DNA of 64,000 nucleotides from Kudoa neothunni (Eukaryota; Animalia; Cnidaria): NCBI GenBank assembly GCA_964304625.1, contig OZ199840.1, positions 6,914,136 to 6,978,135 of the forward strand, read 5' to 3'. Shown piece by piece: positions 40,481 to 51,691 of this stretch (position 1 is its first letter; each line of letters starts with the position of its first letter). The notes under the pieces were generated by a model. It saw only the letters and a program-made list of their open reading frames with translations, ran no database searches and was not told where the DNA came from. The position numbers and the translations under genes were made by a program.

Positions 40481-43400
40481 TATCGATAAAATCGATGTAC
40501 ACAAAAATTAGATTATTATAAAAATGGCACAAATTACACTAGATTATCCTATTTGTGTGACGGTTAAAAACTGTGAGTTTTATCAGCGCTAAGTAAATTC
40601 GACATGGCACCCAATGACGAAAAAGCGATAATAGAGTCTAAAAAGCACTTTATAGCAACTATAGAAGAGAAAATAAGTCAATTGGCTGAAAAGGCATTGA
40701 CAGAGTTAAGTGGAGATAGAGACGCTATCGTCCTCAACAGTTTGAGGAGAAAACTAGAGCGCTCCCTTAAAATATATAGAGAACGCATCGATAAGCAAAT
40801 AGAAGATGAGAAAGGCCAGGAATTTGGAGACTGTGCCAACGTCTTAATGGATTCGGAAATGCTTTTGTGCGATATAGAGGAAGCGCTAGAATTAAACGGA
40901 ATGGAAGATCATTCTACGGCGATAAAGCAAACGAAATATCTTGGCTCACTTGATTCGACTCAAGTAAACCGTCAGAGAGACAGTACGGCCCAGATACGCT
41001 TACCACCAATTTCATTAAAAAAATTTGGTGGAAGAGCTGAAAAATGGACCGAATTTTGGGAAAATTTCGAAAATTTAGTTGATAAAAACAATGATTTAAA
41101 TGACTATTCCAAATTGATATATCTGAAAAGTTTGGTTTTTGGTGATGCTAATGAAGTGATCAAGGATATATCAACGGAAGCTTGCAATTATAATGTTACA
41201 GTGGAGTTGTTAAAGAAGAAATACAGTAAACAACAAGATGTTATCAACGTACTATACGAAAAATTGCACCGGATCAAAGAGTCTTCAAACGAGACAAGCT
41301 CTCTTAGAATGACCTTCAACAAAACTATGGCAATTCTTGCAAAAATAAAAACCTTGGATATTGACTTTCCGGAATCCTATTTGATACCGCTATTAATTTC
41401 AAAATACCCTAAAGTATTCAGACTGAAAATAGAAGAGCACAAATCCGAAGATACGTGGGAATTTGTCACCTTGAAATTCATCATGGAAAAGCTTATTTCG
41501 GCAGGGGAAAGTACTGGAATAGAACATATGGCCCAAACAGAAGATTATCCCAATCAAAGTAAGTCTAAAAATAATTGTGTTAAAAGTGTTAACAAAAAGG
41601 TGTGCAAATACTGCAGTGGACAGCATTGGAGCGATCAATGTGATAAATATGCTACTTTTCAGGATAGAATCAAAAGATTAGAAAACAATTGTAGAAAATG
41701 CCTTGGAAAACATAATACTAACATTTGCAAGATTATGCAGAGTTGTTACCACTGTAAGTCTGGGAATCATCATCGAAGCTTGTGTCAAAAGATGTTCAAC
41801 ACCCCAAATAGAAACACATTTCTCACCTCATTAGAAAATAAAACCAATGATAAGGTGACGAAGATTAAGCATTGTTCAAATGAGAAAATTCATTATGAAA
41901 CATCAATGATTCCGGTGATGAAAGTAAAAATTGTCAACACATTAGACGAGACAAAGACTATGTGGGCAAATGTAGTACTTGATAACGGAAGTTCATCAAG
42001 CTATATCGTAGACAAAGCTTGTGAACAAATTGATCTGAAACATAAAAGTAATCATAATATATCCATTTCTACGTTTGGATCAACAAACACCATTGATGCA
42101 AAAGTATCAGAGGTAACATTTGGAGTGTACCAAGCTGATGGAAATATCTTTGAGATGAACGCTAAGAAAATTCCAATAATATCATCAAACGTCATAGTAC
42201 CGGATTATAACAGTATGATAAAAAATATACTGACAGAAAAGAATATCACTGGATTAATTAAACCCAATGATAGATATAGATAAAGTGGATATTGAGTTAT
42301 TGATAGGAGCAGATTATTTCTGGAAGATATTAAAGATGGAACCAGCAGAACAAATTGGATCATTATATATTGTGAATACCATATTTGGTAAAGTTGTATC
42401 TGGTACTGTGGAGGATTCAGTTCCTCACTCAAACAATTCATTTTTCTGCAGTAATAGCAAAAGTGTAGTGGTAGAAAGCGTTATTTCTGACACCAATTAT
42501 GATAAAGCCACGGATGATCTAACCAAAATATGGCGGTTGGATACTATTGGCATTTACGACGATCCGAATTCTGATGACGATAAAAATACTGTTAATCATT
42601 TCAATAAAACATTAGCTTTCTGCAATAATCGTTATCACGTCATATATCAATGTTACCGGAGAATTATTATCAATGCTACGCTCAGTTGAGGAGTTTGATC
42701 AAGAGATTAAATCAAAAAAATCATTTGTTAATACAGTATGACAACATTATTACTGAACAGCAAGAAAATGGAATTATCGAATTGGTCGATAGAGATATAT
42801 ACCCCATCATTTGATTATAAAAAAAAATATAAGCCTATATCAAAATGCCGCGTTGTCTATAATGCGTCCTACAAAATTAAAGGTTCCAAATGTTTAAATG
42901 ACTGTTTGCAAAAGGGTCCGCTATTGTTGAATGACTTGGCAGGAATATTACTACGAATGAGATTGGATAAATGTATTGTCATCTGTGATATAGAAAAGGC
43001 TTTCCTACAAATTGGAATTCAAGAAGAAGACAGAGATCTTACTAGATTCCTGTGACTAAAAGATATTAATAAACCATTTACCAAACATAATGTAGTTACA
43101 TACAGATTTAAACGTATACCTTGTGGAATAAAATCATCACCATTCTTATTATGTGCAACGATAAAATACCATCTTCAAAAGTCAAATACAAAGTTTGCGA
43201 AGAAACTGCTCAAAGGATGCTATATGGATAATTTTGTGGTTGGATTCAACAACGTAGAAGAAGCCATATCATGTTACGATGAAATGTCAAAAGTTTTACT
43301 AGAGTGTTCAATGAACCTTCATGAATGGAAATCAAACGATAATAAATTTAATGAATTAATTCCTCCAGACAAGAAGTTGCAGATGAATGAGATAACAATC

Positions 43401-45863
43401 CTCGGTATAAAATGGAATAGTAATTGTGATTCACTCTCGGTAAATGCTCCAAATTTTTTGAGTTATATACCATCCAAACGAACAGTAGCAAGAGAACTGG
43501 CAAAGGTTTTTGATCCTTTGGGATTGCTCTGCCCTACAATCTTGAAGAGTAAGTTAGCATTAAAAGAACTGTGGAAAAGTTCAAAGTCATGGGATGATTC
43601 AGTTGATGAAGAATTCGCAGTAAAATGGAATGATATTTTGCGAGAAATTAGCAAAATTAAAGAAATTAAAATTCCAAGATATATAGAATCATGCTCCAAA
43701 AAGCAACAGTTGATAGCGTTTTCAGATGCATCAAAGACTGCATATGGATGTGCAGTCTACATTAGATCATTTTGTGGTGATAAATGGACATCATCATTAC
43801 TTTTTGCAAAATCAAGAGTTGCACCTATGAAGACGATAACTATTCCTCGGCTTGAACTTACGGCAGTTGTAGTGGCCTATCGTTCTTCCTTATACATTGT
43901 GAAGCATTTAAACATGGATATGGACAGACTCATCATATTTACAGACTCTAAATGTGTTATTCATTGGTTTTACTCTAAAAAGCAATTACCAGTGTGTTAC
44001 CAACCGGCTTAAAGAGTTGAAAAAAGATATCAAGGTTGATGTGAGTTATGTATCAACAATAGAAAATCCAGCTGATATAACCACAAGAGGAATGAATCCA
44101 ACTGATTTGATGAATTGCAAACTCTGGTGGAAGGGACCTGCATGGTTGATACAAGATGAAAATAAATGGCCTAGAAAAATTATAGAAGCTGAACAAATAA
44201 TTACGGAGGAAGCGAAAGAGTTAGAAAATCATGAATCCATTGATAAAAAAACTTCGCTTATTGCTAGCGACAAAAATTGTCAAGATGTAATTTCACCTCT
44301 GGGAACTGATGAGAACCGCTTTTCCAATCTGCAAAAATTATTAAAAGTCACAGCTTGGTGTATAAGAATATGTCAAAAATTATTGAAGAGAATCACGAAC
44401 AATGGTGATCTGTTATTGGACGAAAAACAATATGCGAAAAAATTATGGGATTTATTTTGTCAAAAAAATCATTTTCCTGAGGTTATTGAACAAATTAAAC
44501 AAAATAAAATTGTGGAATTGCATTATCTACCCAAACTCTTTTTGGATAAAGAGGGTTTGTTAAGATGTTGCGGTAGACTAGATTATGGTCCATTCAAACA
44601 AAATGAGATTAACCCAAAGCTTCTTCCAAAAATATCTAAATACACAGAGTTAATAAAATTGGATATACACAAAAAAGCATACCATAGTGGTGTTTCACAT
44701 ACTCTAGCAATACTAAGAAGAGAGTATTGGATTCCTAAAGGAAGGCAACAGGTAAAGAAAGTCTTAAAACGGTGCCAAAAATGTGCAATTTTGAAATCGA
44801 AACCTTTTAAAGTTCCAGAATTTCCTCCCCTTCCGAAAAATAGAATAACTCAAGCTGCGCCATTTACGTATGTTGGAGTTGACTACATGGGTCCAATCAT
44901 GGTTAAATCTAAAGTTGATGATGTTAAAGTATGGGTATGCTTATACACTTGTCTCGTGGTAAGAGCTATACACTTAGAAGTGGTGTATAGTCTTTCAGCA
45001 GAAGAATTCCTTTTATGTCATAGAAGGTTTATTGCAAGGAGAGGAAAACCAGTTGAAATAATTTCGGATAATGCATCTCAGTTTACGCTTGCCGCATCAA
45101 TCATTAAAAACTACCTCGTCGATAATGATATAGCATGGCGTTTCACGACACCATTTGCACCATGGAAAGGTGGAATATACGAAAGATTAATTGGAATTGT
45201 AAAAAATTGTCTAACCAAAACTTTTAACCTAAAGAATATTAATGATATTGAGCTTACGACAATTCTATGTGAAATAGAATATATTGTCAATGATCGTCCA
45301 CTTACCTATATAGATGAGGACACTTTGAAACCTATTTCTCCGAATGATTTCCTAATACATAATGCTAACCGAACCTTGCAGGAATTGAAAAAACCGTACG
45401 ACTTGGAACAAGAGAACCAAGAAATTACAAGAGTTAAATTAATAAAGAATTGGAAAAACGAATATCTATTGAGTCTTCGCGAGAGGCACAATGAAAATTT
45501 TCCGAATAGAAAGTGTGTGCAAAAGGTACCAATGGTTGGTGATGTAGTTATTGTTGAGGATAATTCACCAAAACGAGAATGGAAATTGGCAATGATAGAG
45601 TCCATCTACGAGGGAGATGATAATGAAATAAGGTCAGCATTAGTGAGGTTTCCGAATAGAACACAGTCGAAACGATCGATTAAGCATCTATATCCAATTG
45701 AAGTATAATGCCCCCCTTGCTTATTATTTGTGGCGGGAATATCGATAAAATCGATGTACACAAAAATTAGATTATTATAAAAATAGCACAAATTACATTA
45801 GATTATCCTATTTGTGTGACGGTTAAAAACTGTGAGTTTTATCAGCGCTAAGTAAATTCGACA
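40481..45863 (+). mobile_element. BEL/Pao LTR retrotransposon, 5.4 kb
   Basis: 124-bp LTRs 40481-40604 and 45740-45863 (2 substitutions seen); TSD ACCCT (40476-40480, 45864-45868); PBS TGGCACCCAATG; PPT GGCGGGAA. Confidence 0.96.
40604..45708 (+). pseudogene. BEL Gag-Pol (DUF1759 gag, 3 CCHC, PR, RT, RNase H, IN, DUF5641), disrupted
   Basis: LPPISLKKF.G..W..F, three Zn knuckles, LDNG, DIEKAFLQI, YMDN, FSDAS..AYG, IPRLEL, ENPADITTRG, GVDYMGP, APWKGGIYER; TGA at 43053-43055 replaces a conserved Trp. Confidence 0.95.
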
Positions 45864-46170
45864 ACCCTCCAATTACATTGGGGTCAATATGACCCCAGAT
45901 TTTTATTTGATAAATTTGATTAATAAATTTTTACAATCCCGATTGTAAATTATTAACAAATTCTAACGGTTGAATTTTGAGTAAAATGTTAATAAATAGG
46001 CAAATTAATCCATCTTAATCTCATTCGCAACATCCCGACGCTCGCCGCCTATTATCGTTAAATTAATATCCTCAAGAATATCCACTTTTAGGATAAAAAA
46101 TTGTATATTTATAGTTTAGATAAGAAAAACACATTCTATAATTATATTCAAAAGAGAATCTATGTAATAA

Positions 46171-47748
46171 TTAATTCAAACAATTGCAACATTTGTTGGA
46201 TGAGTGTACTTGGCAGTAAGGTTTATTACAATCCGAACAACGAAGGAACATTTTTTTATCATTTCCACGAGGGCAATAACTACATCGTGCCCTCTGATTT
46301 TTAATTTGAGGGACATTTGTAATTGGTTCGGAGAAAGGTGATTTTCTTTTGACAACTTTGTTATTATTTGAATTTTGATTGATAAGTGGTTGGTAGAGAG
46401 CTTCAGCGATTTCTTTTAGAAAGTTACGACGGGTTTTATTTTTGGTATTAAAAATATTCTTGTATAATGCAAAAGCATTAATCAAGGATAGGTCGAGAAT
46501 ATTGAAAAAAACTATCATCGGCCATCTGCGGTTGAATCTGCGAACAGAAACTGAGGCAAGCATTCGGTAAATGGTATCGAGTCCCCCTTTCACTTTATTG
46601 TAGCATATGATCATTTCAAGTTTTTTTTGTGTGAGGTATCAAGGATGTTAACATTGGTGGTTCCAGTTGAAATTAGAATGACAGCTTTATTTTTTTTGTT
46701 GACATACGACGTTAGCATATTTTTTCTCAAAAAAGGCAAAAGTTGTACTATACAATTCCCTTTTATTTGAAGCAAGCACATAAGTTGGAAGTTCCCTTTT
46801 GTTGTGGCGAATAGTACCCAAGTATGTCAATTTTTTTGTAATAACTGATGTAAGTGGAAAAGAAGAAAAAAAATTATCAGCTACGATATTTCTTCCAGAG
46901 TGATATAGTGGTTCAGAGAGTGATAGGACAATACCTTCGGCAACATTTAAGTTTCGTTCGTTATTTTCCATTTTTACCCAGATACGGAGAGATATTTAAA
47001 ACATATTTTTCGATTGGATCGACGAGTAAAAAAAACTTTAGACCATATTTAGCTGGTTTCAAAGGCATATACTGTCTATAGGGGCATCGTCCCTTGAATG
47101 CAACCAACTGCTCGTCAATTGTGACGTCTTGGTTTGGGTTGAAACATTTTGGTAATTCTCTTGCCCACATTTCCCATACTTCGCGTATTAGGCAAAATTT
47201 ATCTGTGGTTCTTCTTTCATGTCCAGTTTGTACGTCACCGAAACGAAGAGATCGTGAAATTTGGTAAAAATCTTGTCCTTGAAAAAATTGTTCGATGGAT
47301 TTTCTCTACCCTCAGACACACTGAACAATTCTGCCATGGGCTCCTCCCGATCTTTGTGAACAGACATAAGGATAAGAATACCTAAATATCCATCAAACTC
47401 TGTGGAATCAATGTCAGTCCAATTTTCTTTAAAATGGCTGCGCCCAAAAATGTTTGTGCATTCGATAATTCTCTCACAAAATACTTGTAGTAAACATGAT
47501 GGAAAGACAATCCAACATATTACGAACTCTCTGTAAAACAATAGGTGGTCGGACCGGGATGCGAGTTCATATTTTCAGCTAATGTTTTAGAGACAACAGG
47601 TTTGGTTAAGCTCCAGGTGATTCCATTTTTACTAGTAGTGAAGCTATCGGTCCTCAACAATTTCCAACAGTTCATCCGACGATTCAGAAATTTCAGTCAA
47701 AATGTCTTCAAACTCACTTCCTGACGATTCGTATTCACCACTTGACAT
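46171..47748 (-). pseudogene. piggyBac transposase (frameshifted)
   Basis: VTIDEQLVAFKGRCPYRQYMPLKPAKYG, RNIVADNFFSS, YNKVKGGLD, RRWP, and a C-terminal Cys-rich domain RCSYC..C..C..C..H. Confidence 0.93.
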
Positions 47749-49419
47749 CTCAATACCACTCACCGCCACGCGATAAAATTGTGCACAATATTGGAGGCTG
47801 CTCATGTATTATTCTAATATAATGTTGAATAAAACAGGATCATTTCTTTATCATATAATTTAGTATAGTTAAAATATAATACGAAAAATATTATTTTCAT
47901 ATCAACTCTTAAAATAAACACAATGCTATTTTGTTTATTCAACGATCATGACCGAAATGAAGACGCAATAAGCCGATGAAGATTAAATGAGATTAATTAA
48001 TAAATTTAATATCGTTTTACTCGAAATTCAACCATTAGAATTTTTTAATATTTTACCATTGTGATTATAATAATTTATTATTCCAATTTTTCAAATAAAA
48101 AACTGGGGTCATATTGACCCCAATGTAATCGGAGGACAGTTTTTTTTTATTATATTTCACAGTCAGAATTTTTTTATTATTTTTCGTTTAAAATACCACT
48201 ACAACAATATAGGAGAATAGATGGGAATCTTGTGGCATGAAGAAGAATTCTAACAAAGTTACTGGGGAATCAATTAGGCTTTAGGGTCATATTGACCCCC
48301 AATGTCTTTAGAGGGTTAATACATAAAATAAAAAGTAATTGATTTGTGGCATGCTTATCGAAATCGGAATAAAAAATAACAAATGCATATTATAATAAGG
48401 AAAACAATTTAAATCACACAGTAAAATGGAACATATTCTGCATTTTTTGAATAAACGCTCGCAGATCGTTAATTTGCAAGTTTATCTATTCAGTGGTTTC
48501 TTTAGATGATATTGCATTTATTCTTTTTGACCGTGGATCCATTGTAGGGCTTTAAAAATATTCAAAATAATTTGTTGAACGAAAGAAATGTGTATTGTTA
48601 ACAGCAACGCAGCATAATTCCTCCTGCAAGAAGTAGCTAACCGACAAATGCCAGCTATCACCAGTGTTACCAAGTCTGGCTATCAACGAAAATTCACTGC
48701 AGTCATAAGATATGATTTGTACTGATTTCTTGTTATGATACAATTTTTCCTTTCATTATAGTTTTGTGGAACCCCTATCTTCGCTTAATGGAACCCATTT
48801 TGAGAATCGCTGCTTTATACATTAACTATAAATAGGAGTTTTGACGTTAAATAAGTACGCTGCTTTGCGCATATAACCGTTGGGATTAAAAATATTCCGT
48901 TCCAACCATCAATGCCTAAATTGAACGGAACCTATCGGCTAGATACGGTCGAAAATGCTCCCGAAGTTTCTGAGATCGTAAATTTAAAACAAATTTTGTG
49001 TTATAATCTAAATTTAGTATAATTGGTACACCCAACGAGCACAATGCAGCTCATATGGTTATATTTTCTAATAAAAAGATTCTATACTATTGTTTAGTTG
49101 TCACAAAACCCCATTATTCCAAAAAATGGCGCATATGGTTGTTATTTACGTTTACCTTCCAGGTTTTTATTCTTTATAATTACAAACATTTTAACGTATA
49201 TGTCGTTGATAGGTCAACGACTAATTTATCAAGTTAGAACAAATTTCATTAAATTCCTAGAAAATTCCAAAAAAGACCGAAGCTGATTTTTCAATGCGTA
49301 TTGTACCATATTTGGCTCATTATCTTTAAAAATATTTAATATTTTTTACTACTGGAAAGAACAAAACATATTTCTAAATTGTTTACATTTGTAATATTTT
49401 GTAGTTGCGTGGCTTTTTT

Positions 49420-49444
49420 CAGTAATGTCTCGTTATTGCGCAAC
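49420..49444 (+). repeat. Orphan TIR of the Tigger family at 30688-32577
   Basis: CAGTAATGTCTCGTTATTGCGCAAC matches the reverse complement of 32553-32577 at 23/25 positions. Confidence 0.7.
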
Positions 49445-49451
49445 TTGATTA

Positions 49452-50666
49452 CAGTGGGTGATGGGTAATACGCATTTTTGCAATGCATTCGTATATTCAA
49501 ATTCAATTATTTTTTGATTATTATTGTTATAATTTACTATAGAGAACATCTATTAATTTAATTTGTTTGTTACACTCCATGTATATATTATACAAATCTT
49601 CTTCTAAGTTTTAAGTGTACTTTTAGAAATAAATAGAACCATTTTTGTTTTAAATCCCATTATACATTTGAGACATTTAAATAATTTTTTTTAGATATTT
49701 ATTAATCAACTGGTTCTAAATAGGATGTACTAATGTCTCTTAGATAACTGGAAAATTTAGTTATTTTTTTCATCGTCTTTGTTTCGATATGTGATATTTT
49801 TAAAATGATACTTCAATAATGTTTTAAGTGGTTGAAAATCGTCCTGTTCAGCCAAAAAGAATTTCTTTCTCTACTTTTAATACTTCCGGTATAGAAAAAT
49901 TGCAATAAAATTGAAACGTGATTTGTCTTAGTTAAATTTCAACCTCATCTCGAGTTTATAAATTTTCAGAGTTATTTTTAGGTGTACATTCACCAACGAT
50001 TTTCGGATCACTATAAAGTTTAACCTACGCAGATTGGACTGTTCTTTAAACCTTAAAACCAACCATGGCTAACATCATAGACATTTTACATAATTTTCTT
50101 CACAATTTCATTACGTTTAAAAATAATTTCCAATGAGGAATAACTCTGAAATATTTAACCTTATTCAAGTAATCCGTTCGCAGATTTTTCGTCGGATTCA
50201 TCGTTTGTTCAGTTGTTTAATATTTACAATTCCATTTTCATATAATTCCATAATTTGTAATTTCATGGATAGGTTACTATTTAAAATTAATATGAATATA
50301 ACGACATAATTTTTAATGATGTGGCTTTACGTTTTTATATTAACTTCAAATGTTTTATTGCTTTGTATTTTTTATTTATTATAAGCATATTATGAAGACT
50401 TATATCAACCATTCATATAAATCTAATAGTACCCGCGCGCGATTTTAAGTCGATTTCAGGGGAGAAAGGCGCGTAATACCCAACAATGCGTTTAAATTAC
50501 AATCTTATGTTTAATTTTTGTCTAAAATTTATGTTTCAAGTGTAAAAACTCGACCAAATTAAGGTTATAAACGCAAACTTAAATTATATGTTCAACAAGT
50601 AGTAAATTCTATATGAAAAAGCTAAAGTGCGTATTAGCCTTACTACTCATTACCCGTCACCCACTG
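49452..50666. mobile_element. Non-autonomous Tc1/mariner (pogo-like) element
   Basis: TA|CAGTGGGTGATGGGTAAT ... ATTACCCGTCACCCACTG|TA. Confidence 0.8.
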
Positions 50667-50824
50667 TATAATGAAATTAACGTAAGTGAACAACATAGCT
50701 TGTTAGTGCTGACCTCCAAGTCTCATTTATTAAATAAAGAGTGTCAACACTTATAGTAATAATAGAGTTTAATAAAATGAAACTTTTGAGTTTTATTACG
50801 ATATCGAATATCACTAGACTATTT

Positions 50825-51691
50825 GATAGTGTCCATTTACCCTCCCTCGGTGCATACGCGGAAGATTACAGCATTACCTCTATATGTGCTTATACTCTTA
50901 TATTAGTAATTTCAAATAAATAATAATAGATGCAAACTCCAAATAATAATTTTTTAATTGACTTTTAAAAACCGTACGTCAATTATTATCTCTCGTAGAA
51001 ATTATAGTTATATTTACTCCATAAAACAATTTTATGCCAAATTTCATGTATTAGAAATAAAAAAATAGTTAGATAATACTTACAAGGAAAACTCATATGA
51101 ATATATCTTTGTGCGGTTTATTAGCTTTGAGCGTAATGAGATCAGAAGGCCACGATTTATTCAACAAACGATTCTGTTCATCTGATAATTTAAAAAATCT
51201 TATAAAAAATTTAATATATTCTGAAAGTGCCGACACATTTTACTTCATTTGGAATGAATTATATTCGACAAATCCAATGTATTTTCAATGTTTGGAAAAA
51301 AACTGGATTAATATTCAAAATATTTGGGCTCATTTTCGTCGTCTCGGTGCTCTGACGTTTGGCTCAAATATAAATAATAGGATTGAACAAGAGCATTGCA
51401 AGATAAAAAATTATGTCAAAATCATCGTTAATTCACCAAGTCAATTCAATACTCAATTACTGTAAGCCCATCCATCGTGGTGATTTATAAAAAAATGATC
51501 TGATTCTCATGAAGAACAAAAATTGTTGATGATGATATTTTGGTAATTATAAATCGTTTGTCCAGTTTTTCCGCTGATAAAATCAAATTAGAGACTTAAA
51601 ATCTGAAATTATTATAAATATGGAACTTAAACATGTTCTTTTTTCACAATATTTCTTGTCCAGCAATGGTTACGTTTCAAGATAATATATA
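50825..51691 (+). mobile_element. 5' half of the split MULE
   Basis: TIR from 50825; preceded by AGACTATTT (reverse complement of 36409-36417); ORF 51097-51465 has KNW..W..R...TFGSNINNRIE. Confidence 0.78.

Larger units (their letters stand above)
40453..48315 (-). mobile_element. piggyBac transposon (PGBD4-like)
   Basis: TTAA|CCCTCTAAAGAC ... GTCTTTAGAGGG|TTAA; subterminal GGGGTCAATATGACCCC palindromes; long internal inverted repeats at about 45865-46020 and 47975-48136. Confidence 0.95.
40339..48812 (-). mobile_element. Small hAT (Charlie-like) element hosting a piggyBac and a BEL element
   Basis: TIRs CAGCGTTGTTCAAA / TTTGAGAATCGCTG; perfect 8-bp TSD CTTTATAC (40331-40338, 48813-48820). 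Confidence 0.85.
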
